Shown here: positions 25,038-37,355 of the stretch, piece by piece
Position numbering within the stretch: the first letter of the stretch is position 1
Layout of the letters: the number at the start of each line of letters is the position of its first letter
Origin: the human T2T-CHM13v2.0 reference genome, Homo sapiens
NCBI RefSeq assembly: GCF_009914755.1
Contig: NC_060925.1
DNA: 64,000 nucleotides
Strand: one strand, 5' to 3'
Made by a program: the position numbers and the translations under genes
Notes under the pieces: model-generated
The model's input: the letters and a program-made list of their open reading frames with translations, nothing else
The model's database searches: none
Told to the model about the DNA's origin: nothing

Positions 25038-28000
25038 CCCTCATTTGAAATCAGCACCAAGCTCTGCAGTTCCTTTTCACTCCTACTTGTAATGAGTTGG
25101 GCATGAGTAGAAAGCATGTGTTCCTATAATACCCTCCTACCCTCTGAAGACATTATTCATTTTAACCCTATGTACTATAAATAAACAAATAGTTCTATTT
25201 TCTGTCCCCCAATGAGACCTTGAAGCAGAGGTGAGAATAATGAGCTATTCTACTTGAGAATAAACCCAGTGCCACAAGCACCATCCCTCGAGTGTAGTGT
25301 TGCTAGCCTACTTTTTTTCAAGGAAATGTCACGTTATCAATTCTCATTTATTTTCACAGCTTGGGCACAGTTGTATTAATTCGATGTCAATGTGCACTCA
25401 TGTTGTATTAAGTGCGGTCAGTGTTGGGGGCTTCTGCTTCAGGGAAGGAACCTCCTGATGCCAGAGTGTGATCCACTTAGCAAAGGAGGGAAGGATTTCC
25501 TCCCAGTGCTGCAGACTCCACAGGCATGCAGTCTGCCTGTGTTTTTAATAACATATGGCAGAGTAGGAAGCTGCCATGCTCTAATAGCACCTGTCCCTTC
25601 ACCTTACTCTTTCTGATTTTCTTTTCCCATGGGTCATTTGTAGTCCACTTCACTCACAAAAGGCAAAGGATGACACTTGGTGGGACTACAGCACTGAGGT
25701 CCCTGCCGATGGTGGCCTAGAGTCTGATTTGCTGGCTCTTGGAGGATGAAGCCCAGGAATTGACTTCTGGAGCCCCAGTTTGATGATTAACCACAGAAAC
25801 CCCAACAATAGGGCCCTTATTGGTAATTTCCAAAAGACTTCTCAACTGGGAGCAGCATTATCTTTGAATACACTTAGCCCTTTATGAGGGGCATTTGAGG
25901 TTGTCACTATGACTTCTGACATTTAGGAGGTGAGGCAGGAATACTAAACTATCTGCACTGTGCAGATTGGTCACACTTAACCAAGAATTGTCCCAAAATG
26001 CTGACAGCTCCATTCAGAAACAATATAAATCCAATATACTTGCCTAATGAGTTGGGAAAGTGAGGCCTGAGAAGTTTAGCGACTTGCTCAAGGTCACAAA
26101 GCTACTTCCCTTCCTTTCTCACAAGTGAGGAAACTGTAACAGGAAGTTTACCCAAAATATAGGAGAAGAATATCAAGGGATCATCCTAACATTTTAATCT
26201 GATTCCTACTGTGTCCTAGTCTGAGGCCTCAAAAGCATGTAAAGTAGCCCAGAGAGGAGCAATGAAAACATCACGAACCACCAGAAAGTCTTCTCCATTG
26301 CATGTTTTCATTCTTCTGGTCTTCACTAAACTTTGTGGCTGAAGGTTTATTCTCCTCGGCTCAAATAGTGACGTTTCTATGCTTCTGCACAGCCTAATAA
26401 AAGACCGAGGACCCCAAAGCCTCAGTTTCTCCATTCACATATCAGCCTCAGGATCATCCTGGCCTTACTGCTATTTGGAGTTAGGATCTTAACTATTTTC
26501 CCACTGTTATCAAGCGATGTCTCATGGGAATGGATTGGGGAAGGGTCTTTCATCCTCATTTATTTACCCAATGCCAGTGTACACTGTTTTCTCAAAATGG
26601 TCCACCACAGAAGTGATTTCTCAGAACTGGCTAAGCCTGAGAGCTGATGGTTTGTGAGATCAGCTAGTGAAAGAAACACACAGGAACTCTTTCTGTGTCA
26701 CAGAAAGGTGTTTTCTGGGAGCATGGGTTGTTTGCACACAGATATCCAGAGATTTTATGCAAGCCGTCAGCAAACCTTCCACTGCTTCCTGAGAGCAGAG
26801 AATTTGCTGCCAGCAAAGGTCTCTAAGGCTTGCTCTAGACTCTGAAGTCAGTGAAAGTTCTTACTTGGAAAAGGTAAATGGCTGGGCCTCTGCTCCCAGG
26901 TCTGGCACTGACATCTGCTTGGGGATCTGGGCCTTGGCCCTACTCCATGCCCAGTAGAGAAGAGCAGTGGCTGAATCTCTGTGTAGTTTCCCTGCTGCTC
27001 TGATGCAGGGTACTGCAGTAAAGCACTCCATCAATGAGCAGCAGGAGTGCTCAGCACTCTTTAAAAAGTAAAGTTGTGTGATTTTTTTCATCAGTTTATT
27101 CTCGGTAATGATGAGAAACTTCCCTCGGGCTCCAGCCCTGCCCTGCCCTACCCTACTCTCCCTGCTGATGTCGGCAACCAGGGCCCCCTTCTTGTCCAAG
27201 GCACAGATTTCTCCCTGAAAGAGAATGAGAGTGTGAAGCCTCATTCCTTGCTCCCACTGGCCCTTGGGGCAGGAGAGTTGTGGGGTGGGCAATAGGAGAA
27301 GGCAAGAACCTCATTCCTTGGTACAGGTTAAAAGTAGGGAAAGAGTCACCAATACCGGGATGACTGCCCTGAGTGGGCCCAGTTCATTTCTCTGGTGGGC
27401 CTGGGCTGCTGTTGGAAATGCAGTGGTGCCAGCAGCTGGTTCTAAAATCCTCTGAGGTGCTCCTATACTTCTGTCAAATTAGTGTTCTCATGCCCCAGTG
27501 ATCTTGGCTTCCCATTTTTGGTGCTTCCTTTTTCCCTTCACCTGCATAAAGATGTTGGGGAAAGAGTGGGGTAGGAGTTTGGCAACATGTGGCATTAACC
27601 CTATCCCCCTTCAACAAGAGGAATGTTCACTTTCTGTGTGAGTCAATTCCAGCTAGGCCAGTCTCAGCCCCCAGACCCGCCTGTCTCCTCTGACCCTCTG
27701 GAAACACTGCCCATCATGAATTGACATTTGGGTTGCTCAGGTTGACGTATGACTTATTCAACAAAAGAGACCCATCAGGTTTGATACAGCCTTTCTTCTT
27801 TCTTCTGTGACTCTGCAGAGGGAGAAAGTTTCAGACATTCAGGAGGAAACTGTAAACACAGGATAAGAAGGGCTGGCAGGGGCCAATGGCTGCTGCCCTT
27901 CTGCACTGCCTCGAGAAGGGGAAAGATTCCCTTCCAGCAGACTTAACTGACGGCTTCAAGAGTTTGAGGACCCTGGAGAGAAGTTACTGATGGGGTCTCC

Positions 28001-29354
28001 ACTGTCATTTCTGCATTTGCAGAGTGCAGCTGGCTGTGCATGGATTGGGGAGGAGGGGACTGGCACTGGCAGTGGGTGTGCCCAGAGGATGGAGCCAGAA
28101 CAATTAATCAAGTGACTTTTCTACAGGATTTCCATTGGCCTTGGATGACAGATGGGGCAGAGGCACCCAGGAGAGCACTATTTTGGTTTCCAGCTGGGAA
28201 CGTGCACTAAGTTTTCCTTAATACCCACAGCACCCAAAAGGCTTTGCTGTAATACACTTTAATGCATGAAACACTCATAAATTATCCTTCGAACTGTTAC
28301 AACTTCCAACCTGGAACAACTTGGAAAAACCAGCCTAGCAAGCAGGCTCTTTTTTAATCTCTCAAATCACAAGAGAAGAAAAAGTTCAAGCACGAAACAC
28401 CTTCCTTAAGAATCTCGAAATTTTTTTTGTTTTGTTTTTGTTTGTTTTTTTTTTTTTTTTTTTTAGAAGGAGGTTTGTAATTAGAGGGAGCTAAGCTGCT
28501 TGTTTCTGCTGGCTCAAAGTTGCAGCTCCCTGACCCCTGAGTCCTCTCTCCCTCCCCTAGATCCTCCTCGCCTGAACTCAAGGCGCTCCCCGCCCTAACC
28601 TTCCACGCCCGCTTCTCCCACACCTGGCAGCAGACAGCTGGAGATGAAGCGTGTGACCCAAGTGGCAGGGCTGAACCTTGGCGACCTCTACCTGAGGTTG
28701 TCCAACGCGGCTCCGTGGAGGGCCCCGGTACGCCGGACGGACCCCGGCGTTGGCTCGCAGACTTCCTGCGTTAACCCCCGGGGCCCTCAGTCACGACTCC
28801 CAGCCCTTCCGAGACGCGCTGAGGGAACTGCCCCAGGTCTAGCGCGCCCCGTTCCGCTCCTCCCCCTACCTGGGGGCCGCGCAGCACTTTCCCTACTCGG
28901 CGCTCACCTCAGCCAGCGCGCTCTGCGCTCCCCCCGCGGTGCTGGCCGCCACTCCTCCCGCCCTGGCGCGCCAGCTGCCGGCGCATCCCTCTCCGCGCCC
29001 ATTCGCTCTCCCTCACTTGCGCGTTATCCACTTCTAGCCCTCGAGCTAGACCCTGGCATGGCCGTGGGCTTCTGCAGGCGCCAGGGCTGCTCCCTGGACT
29101 GCAGGCCATCCTGGGACTAGGGACTCCACGACCAGAACTAACGCTGTTCCCTCGGTCCGACTCGTCCTCCCGCGAGGGTCCCGCGCCCCCACACCCACTC
29201 GGGACATTTCTCAGGGCTGCTCTTCGGCCTGCGGGAGCCTCGGGGGTAACCAGAGAGCTCGCCAGACCGGTATCCTTGCAAACTCTCCCGCGAAGCCCAG
29301 CCACCCCTGCCCGCGCCCGCGCTGCGCCCCTCTCGGGATCGGCTCGGGGCAGCC

Positions 29355-29361
29355 TGACTCA
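29355..29361. promoter_or_regulatory. AP-1 site overlapping the exon 1 splice donor
   Basis: TGACTCA on plus (G|GTGAGTCAG on minus). A functional AP-1 site at the start of NGF intron 1 is established in rodents. Confidence 0.85.
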
Positions 29362-29362
29362 C

Positions 29363-29395
29363 CGCTGCGCTCCCCTCCGGCTCCCAGCGCTCTCT
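29363..29395 (-). other. NGF: NGF non-coding exon 1 (5' UTR; equivalent to rodent exon IB)
   Basis: Reverse complement reads AGAGAGCGCTGGGAGCCGGAGGGGAGCGCAGCG, matching the recalled 5' end of human NGF mRNA. It is followed by donor GTGAGT (29362-29357) and lies in a CpG island. The true TSS may be ~15 nt further upstream. Confidence 0.93.
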
Positions 29396-29463
29396 GCTGT
29401 GCCGGAGCGCCGAGCTGCTCTCACACAGGCTTCTTGAATTCTTAGCCCCTCCTCCCGTACTCC

Positions 29464-29470
29464 TGAGTCA
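29464..29470. promoter_or_regulatory. Upstream AP-1 site (~-70)
   Basis: Perfect TGAGTCA about 70 bp upstream of exon 1. Confidence 0.7.
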
Positions 29471-32400
29471 CACGCTCCAAATCCTGGCCCCCATCCCTCC
29501 CCTCCCCACCACCAGCCCCGCACCTGCTGTGGCTGGGCTGTGGTGCCCGGCTGGAGGGGGTCCTGGGGACTACAGACGGATCGCTCCTGGAGGGCTGGCC
29601 AGACCCAGCCAGAGAAGGACTTTAAACCTTCAGAGGTCAAAGGGAAACCCACTGGGGTCTGAGGGGCCGCGCGCGCAAAGCCGGGAGGGGGAGTTTCTGG
29701 GGCACCGGCAGGGGTCGTTGGGCCGACTGGCTGGGGCTGGGCGGAGTTGCTCGCAGCTTCCCTCACCTCTCCGCCCTGCCCCCGCGCGTTGCCCTTCGCC
29801 AGTGCCTCCCTGGTCTGCCCGGCGTCGCCCTCGGTGCCCCAGGCATCGGCTGCTCCTTTTCTTCGGGGCGCCTTTCCTTATCCCAGGATAGGTGAGCACC
29901 CAGGGGGAGCTCCGCGAGGGGCAGGTGCCCAAGCTCCTCTGACAAGGGAAGGCGGCTGCAGAACCAGCTAGAAGGCCCCCAGGCCCGGCAAGTCCAGCAT
30001 GGGGACAAGGGGCAGAGGACTTCAGGAGTCAGGAGCTAGAGCCGGGACCTTAACTTAAGGCCCTGGGTTCCAGGAACTTCCCGGAGTCCTTGGCCCCTCT
30101 GAAACTGTAGGCTGATTTGCGCGACTGTGTGCAATGCTAATATTCTTTTCTGAGCTGAAGGTCCGCAGCTTTCATCAGTTTTGCAAGGGGTCTGTGACCC
30201 CAGACTGATATAGCCAGCAAACCCTAGGCCCCCATGCCCCCCTCTCCACACTCCAGGCCCCACACAAATTCTTCCTGACCCTTCAAAATTTCTTGAGTTC
30301 CCTCGATTCAGCCTGACAGGAGAGCTTGCCTGACTTTCCCCTGCCCCTCTGCCAGGGCTGTTCCCACCCCAGCATAAAATGAGCAAGGGAGAAATACCCC
30401 TGAAGTCAAATTTGTCACCAAATGTGCATCATTAATTGTAGCATTCCAGGGGATTCGTAGCTCTTTGGAAATTTACAGCCCCACTCCCTCCCGTGTTGAG
30501 CTTGTCTGTGCCTTCGCTTCTTCCTATAGCAAAGGTGGGTTGGACCCCTACCCTGTATGGATGCCACAGAGGAGAAGTAGGTGTGAGGAGAGTAACAGGG
30601 AGGGAAGGTGGGGCACAGAATCTCCCTATTGCTGGTAACACCAGCCAGTGCAACTTAGCAGAAGGGCACCCTCCAGGGAACTGGGATTTAGTGAAGCAGA
30701 TGATTCCTGTCCTAAGTCTGGGGGTGGTCATTTACCCTTAATGGATGGCACTTGAGCAAGATGAAGCCCTGACTAGGCATTTCCAACTCCCTTGATTCAG
30801 ATTAGTCTTGAGGTCTTACTTCTTTCTATTTTCACGTTTGCTCCCATAAGAAAGTTCATTCCATTTACACATGCTCTGAGAAGGATGAAATAGGCAAAAA
30901 GCCCTGGAATTGGAAGTCAGCCTTAGCTTTGGTGTGACCTTGTTGTTTCCCAGCCTTAGGCTTGTCCACTTCTGACTTGTTCAGATACAGGCTGGTGTAT
31001 GAACACACTTTGGAAGTGAGGGCAAGAGGCCAGGGAACACCGTGAATGGCCCTTTCTACAAAAGTAGTATCATAGTCGAGGTGATCCATTAGGAAATTTA
31101 TCATCGTCAATTAAACAAAAGAATTTCCAGATAACAGGATGAATTCATCCATCAATCATGTCATGTATAAACTTGTTTGGAAAGCACTAGCCCCAAGCCT
31201 TACATAATAGCTGCCTGAGAATTTGGGTATGAAATTAAACTTTTAGAATAACAGAGAATTTGGTTGTTGAATGCAGAGCATTTGTATGTGTTCTTGTGGC
31301 ATCATTCAGAAGGACAAAAGGATTTGGGACACTTGTGGTTCTTTTCCATGTGGTATGTAAGGGGGAAACTTTAAGTGATGTAAGCAGATTATAAGTTTGC
31401 TTATATGCTCCATCCTCACCCCCTAAATTGTTGGTCATATTCTTCTTGCACATGTTGATTTAATAAGAGCTCCTTTCTGCCCCTAACTACCTCTATTTCT
31501 GTCCCTGGACTTCAAGGATCTTGAGTAAATAAGAACATGTAAACAACAAACACAAAAATACTCCAAAGATTATTGATTGAGAGCCTACCATATGCCAGGC
31601 ACTGTGTGCTGGCAGTGGTACCGGCTCTCAGAGAGCTTATGTTCTAGTGGGGGCTTGATTATTAGTCCCTGGCCATGTTTATCACAGTTTCCCTAGGTCC
31701 TAGCATAGGACCTGGCCTATAGTAGGTGCTCAGTTAATACCTGTTGAATCCAACAACGGTCAGAGTCATTTGTGACTGTCAGACAACCCACCAACACTGG
31801 ATTGGTTTCCAGCAGGTTCCAGATCAGCCTGCCTTTGGCACAGAGACCACAGCCAGGTGCCTTTTCCCCTGCCTCTTCCACTTTCAAGAAGGTTCAAACA
31901 GAAATGTCCTTCTCTTGGGTCATTGAGAGAAGGACTTCTGGGCCTGGACCAGCTACATTCATAGGAATGAAAAACAGCTGAGAGGGCAGCGGCCAGAGGA
32001 ATGGTGCAGACAAGCAGAGGATAAGAATGTTTTTCTGTACTAGATTTTCTCGAAAGAGCCTTTTATCCAGGGTATCAAAATAACCAGCAGCTGATGCATT
32101 TGCTGACTTGGAGGAGAGATTGTGGCGTGTACAGTAATTGTTGTTATTTCTGAAGATCTAGAAGGCTGCAGCCATTGAGTGCCTCATCAACAGCAACAGT
32201 CAGCTAGCACAAACCCCTGGCTTCTCCCTTGCTTCATTCCAGGAGGCCAGGACAAAGTGCATGTGCTATTTAAAACACCAGCAGGCTCAGCAGAGATCTG
32301 CCAGCAAGGATGGAATCACTGGATCTGCTAGTTCTTCATGTGAAACACAGAAATATTGTCCCAATTGCTGGAGGAAGTGATAGCTTCCGTTTAAAGACTT

Positions 32401-34007
32401 TTTTTTCCTCTTCCTTCTAATCAGAGTGAAGAAGAACTTCAGAAGAGGAAATGTTTCATAATGCTTAGTGAGATGACATGTTCACAGAATCACAGAAATG
32501 ATCAATCCAGCCACCTTATTTATGGATGAAGAAACAAGGGCTCAGGAAGGACAAAGGCTCAGCCAAATACACGTGGCCAGTGTCCGGCTTTTTGACTTCT
32601 AAGCAAGCCTTCCTTTTACTACACTCCCTGAAAGAGGCTGGGAGAAAAACTGACCAATTCAGGCTACAGGAAAAAGCTGGTAAAGGAGCTAAAGTAGGCA
32701 AGGGTGCAGAGAGGGCCAGGGATGCCCCCTTCTCCTCTGGGCTATCCCTGCCTACTCCTGTGGCCTGTTCCTGGCTTTTGCTGTTTCTCGCTGAGATCTC
32801 CAGTTCCTCCATCTCTACTAGTTCCCTCGCTTTTGCTTGTGAACATTCACTTGCCTTTTCTCTCTTAAAGAAACTGCTAGCCCAAACTCTGGATTTCTTA
32901 GCTTCCATTCACTACCAAATTCTTCAGCAAGGTAATCTATACCCATCATTTCCTTGGCACCCCCTCCCCGAAACTTTCTGCAACCAAGTTCCCATCTTCC
33001 TCCCCTACCTTTCCTTTCTCCCTACTAAACTGATAATTTTTTTTAAAGGTCGTTAGTTGCAAGAACACCACCAACACCAACACAATCTCAGCAGCATTTA
33101 TCTAGTGCTTGCCTTATTTCAAGTACTGGGCAAGGCATTTTTCCTAGCCTTATTAATTGGTCCTATTGATTTGTAGATAAGATGAAACTCTGAGAGGTAA
33201 GTCACTTCCCAGGTCTCATAGCTAGCCAAACGGCTGAGTAGAGAATTGAACCCAATCCCTTGCTGTTAAATGCCACGCCTCCTCCTCCTTTCAGCCAAGC
33301 TCAGCTGACTTTGACAGTCCTAGTCCACTCTATTCATGACCTCCTTTGTCTACAACTTTCCTTTCAGAACTCCTGTGACCACACTATCCTGGCTTACTAG
33401 CCACCTCTCTGATTTCATCTGCCCTCTGCACTCATGGGCCTCCCACAACTCAGTCCTGGGGCTTTACATTCTCCTCCACTCTTGTTCTTCCAGGTGTTTT
33501 TTTCTACTAATTTTATAATTCCAAGCATGGTTTCAACTCTGGCCTCTCCTTTAATCACCAACACTTTGAGTGTTATGTGCGAAGCACTACCTAGGTTCTT
33601 GTTTCAGCGAATCTGCACAGGCCCTGGCGAGGACTGTGTTTCTGCCTCTCCTCTGACTCTCAGCCCCTCCATCCAAAGCCCTTGCTCTTAACTCAGCCAG
33701 GCAGCTGCCCCACAGATCCCATTCTTGAAAGGTCAGGAAATCCACGTGGGCCCAGGACAGTTCAGCTCTTTTCCTGCAGCCCAGGAAAGTCACCAGTTTG
33801 GAACTGGCAAGATTTAGCCCATCTGTCCTCTTAAGTGGTGTGTCCTTGGGAGAAAGATTGACCCTCCTTGAGCCGTAATAATAATAATTACTTTTCATTA
33901 TATGGAGTGAATATGTTAAACAATTTTCAAGCACCTGCTACGTGCCAGCCCCATTCTAGGTGCTGGGGATTCAGCAAATGAACAAAACAGCCTATAAACA
34001 CATAGAA

Positions 34008-34212
34008 TTTTTTATTTTTAAATTTTTTAATAATTTCAACTTTTACTTTAGATTCAGGGGGCACATGTGCAGGTTTGTTACAGGGGTATATTGCCTGATG
34101 CTGAGACTTGGGATATGATTGATCTCATCACCTAGATAGTGAGCATAGTCCCAACAGTTAGTTTTTCAACCCTTGCCCCATTTCCTTCCTCCCCACTCTA
34201 GTAGTCCCCAGT
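34008..34212 (-). mobile_element. 5'-truncated old primate L1 3' end (L1PA15-16/L1PB-like)
   Basis: ttcaacttttactttagattcagggggcacatgtgcaggtttgttac... with TSD-like aaacacatagaattt (33996-34010) / agatacatggaattt (34213-34227). Confidence 0.8.
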
Positions 34213-35539
34213 AGATACATGGAATTTAAATTATATTAATTTGCGTCACCTATTTAATAAATGTGCATTATTTAATGTATATTATATGCCAGGCCCATAA
34301 AAGTCAGTTGTGATTTTGGTGAGTTGCAGGGCAGGTGAGTGAGACAGATGCAGACACAGTCAGTGCCAACCAAGTCAATGATCTCCTTAGGTGCAAGGAG
34401 AGTCAGGTGAGCCCTCTGGGGACTGGATCCTCTCCTCTGCTGTCCCGATTCAAACAGCTGTGAGCCTCCACCTTTTCAGACTGGCTGACTCCAGTCTCCA
34501 CAGGAACTGGTCTCCACAAGAACCCCTGGTGACCCTGTGGCTTTCACTGGTGCTTTCTTCAGAGTCCCCTGAGGCTCTCTCACTCCTCTCCCACTGAGCC
34601 AAACCCTCAGTGTCCCTCACGAGCCTACAGCCAATTCAAGTGTGCCTCCATCTGGGTCCTCACTATACAACCCTCCCTGGCCCTGGAGTTGGTACATTCC
34701 TATTAGGGCCACCCAAGAGATACCTCTGGGGCAGGATTCCCCAGGGATCAAGTTTGCCTGCATAGCATCACAGCTGCTCTTTCCTGTCACATGGTATCAT
34801 GTTGACAATTAAGGTTTTGTGGTGCTGAGGCAGGCAAGAACCCCACACTTTCATTTGTGATGCTCCTATGCAGGAGTCTGGGATAGATGGGCTCTGCCAC
34901 ATCCTGGGTAGATCTCTGTCCCTTCAGTGGTGACACTGAGCTCACTGCATTTATTAAAATCCTATCCTGGGGTAGAATCTGTGTTAGGTACAAGGAAACA
35001 AAGATCAAGAAGAAATGATTATTGCTATATAGGAACCTACTATCCAATGGGGCATCAGACACATAAACTGATAAGAAATCTGTAAGGGAGGATCTAGAAG
35101 CTGGAGAGATGGGAAATTCAACCAACTTAGAGCTTTGCCTTTGTTGTCATCCCATTGCATTTTGCATAAATTCCATATTCTTTGAAGAGACTTACGAGGC
35201 TCTGTGTCATCTGGCTCCTCCAGCCCCTTCATCTTCCTTTCTTGCTACTTTCTTTTCTTTGCTCTAGCCTCTGCCGTGGTGAATTTACTTCAGTTCATTT
35301 CACAAGCAGCACCAGCCCCACAGGTCCTATATGGTGTTTCCAGTGCTTCAAAAACTTTTAGCCTTCTCCCTACTCCTTCACCTGTCCATTTCCTCTTCCT
35401 CTGAAACTCAGCTCTGAGAATCTTCAATGACATTTCTAGTCAGGTGATTTCCCTGATCCTCCAAGTCAAGACTGAGTGCCCTTTCTAGGTGCTTCTCCAG
35501 CCCTCCATATTGCACAAAACACATGCTCAATAAATCATT

Positions 35540-36200
35540 TAAAATGAGATATTGCCCAAGATAAGCTTTGAAGCATGCGTAGGAGCCAGGAGAAGAATGC
35601 TGGGAAGGACATCATTTGAGACAGAAGGAACACTTTTAACCAAGGTGTGCAAGTGTGAGATGGTATGTTGCGTACGGGAAACTGCAGCTGATTCAGAACT
35701 GGTGGGGCATGACGTGGTAGGAGATACTGCTGGATCAGTCACTGGGAAGGTCGAGGAAGGCATGGATAATGAAGGGTGAAACCAAATGCAAAGAGACCAC
35801 CTAGGGCCGGTAGTTATAGTCAGGGTGAACGGTGATGGCAGCAGCCTGATCCATGCATGGGGAGCTAAGCATGCAGAGGAGACATTCAAACAAAACTTAG
35901 CGTGTAAATTCATCAGGAAGTGGGGAATGGCTGGATGCAGGGGTAGGGTGAGAAAAGGGTCTCCTGGGTGCCCTTTGGATTCCTGATTTGCCTGAGCAGG
36001 TAAATGATGGTGCTGGCTATGGAGATGGAGCATCCAGAGGTGGGGCCTATGTAGTGGCCTTGGAAGCAGGGGTCTTCAATTTAGGATTTTGCTGGGCCCA
36101 TGGAATACTCAAGGACATATGTGCAACATATGGAGTTTGGAGATCAGGAATGATGTCGAGGCTAGCTGTCTCTGCACACTGCACACAGGCTGAAGGCAAC
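35540..36200 (-). mobile_element. L2 fragment (very degenerate)
   Basis: L2c/d-like motifs (tttgcctgagcaggtaaatgatggtgc; tggagtttggagatcagg). Confidence 0.5.
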
Positions 36201-36939
36201 CAGTAGCATCATCTCAGAGTCTCCACTGAGAACTTACCTCCCCATCAAGCCACACTCTCACTGTCCACCATGTTGGCACCATACCAACTATGGGGCATCT
36301 CCCAGAGGCTAGAACCCAGGGAAACAGATCACTCGCTCCAGTGTTACCTGGTTCCCTCCTTCCTGTTTATTTCTATAATACTCACTCTCCACCTTGAGGT
36401 GCAGGCCAAAGTGTGAGAGCAATTGGGTACCCTAGGGGATGACCACCTTGCCTTTCCCATAAAACTCTATGATCAAGCTCTCCAAGCCTGGCTCTTTATA
36501 ATCTGTGAGAGTTTAAGAAATTCAGAATCCCTTCCCCTTTTTTTCTTTCACAAGAATGACTGACTTTCAAAACCACTGTCTCGCTATGAAATGTCTTGCT
36601 AAAGATGTATATGGACATTTTCCCTTTGCATTCCAGCTGCAACAGTCCCAAGGGTACCCTGTGAAAATCATATGCCCCTGGCGGAATCGGGGGGGATCAC
36701 ACAACTGGGAAATGTGAAAGAGAATACCTATGCATTCCTTATCACATTTGTACAATAAATAACAATCTGCTATCCCCACTAAACTATAAAATTTTCAGGA
36801 ACCTTAAACTCCATCATAATACCTGAAATATAATAGGTTTTCAACAAATGCATTTCATATGGATGAATAAATTAAGCTCAGAGGGTTTGAATAATCATGT
36901 TGAACAAAACTAGCAAATAGCTAACCTAGTCTGTATCTA

Positions 36940-37355
36940 TATCACAGATTGGATATTTGTCCCCTCAAAATCTCATGTTGAAATTTGATCCCCAATGTTG
37001 GAGATGGGGCTTGGTGGGAGGTGTTTGAGTCAAGGGGACAATTCTTCATGGCTGGCCCTGTGCTGTCCTCACGGTAATGAGTGAAGCCTCACTATTAGTT
37101 TCCATGAGCTCTGATTATTTGAAAGAGTCTGGTACCACCCTCCCCTCTCTCTTGCATTTTTCCTATCCCCATGTGATGCCAATCCCCCTTCACCTTCCAC
37201 CATGAGTGGAAGCTTCCTGAGGTCCTCACCAGAAGCAAATCCTAGTGCTGTGCTCCCTGTGCAGCTTTCAAAATCCTAAGCTGAATAAATGTCTTTTATT
37301 TATAAATTGCCCAGCCTTGGATATTCCTTTATAGCAATACAAATGGTCTAAGACA
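36940..37355 (+). mobile_element. MaLR solo LTR (MSTB/MSTC-like)
   Basis: ttggatatttgtcccctcaaaatctcatgttgaaatttgatccccaatgttggag... ending ttcctttatagcaatacaaatggtctaagaca. Confidence 0.85.

Larger units (their letters stand above)
1..29362 (-). other. NGF: NGF intron 1 (partial; continues beyond the left edge)
   Basis: Downstream of the exon 1 donor on the minus strand. The next NGF exon (AGTTTTGGCC...) and the proNGF CDS were not seen in the window. Confidence 0.85.
28570..30125. promoter_or_regulatory. NGF: CpG island / NGF promoter
   Basis: Abrupt rise in GC and CpG density (many CGCG, CCGG, GCGC) against a CpG-depleted background; brackets exon 1. Boundaries estimated by eye. Confidence 0.9.

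Noticed and set aside
24704-25117. F/L/S-rich and K/E/R-rich ORFs
   Set aside because: Translations of the (TTTC)n microsatellite.
1-29362. Human counterpart of rodent Ngf exon II (long precursor) within intron 1
   Set aside because: No convincing match to the recalled mouse exon by eye; it may lie outside the window. Needs an alignment.
28644-30008. ORFs of 100-158 aa across the CpG island
   Set aside because: Expected in GC-rich DNA; no resemblance to NGF or any protein I recognise.
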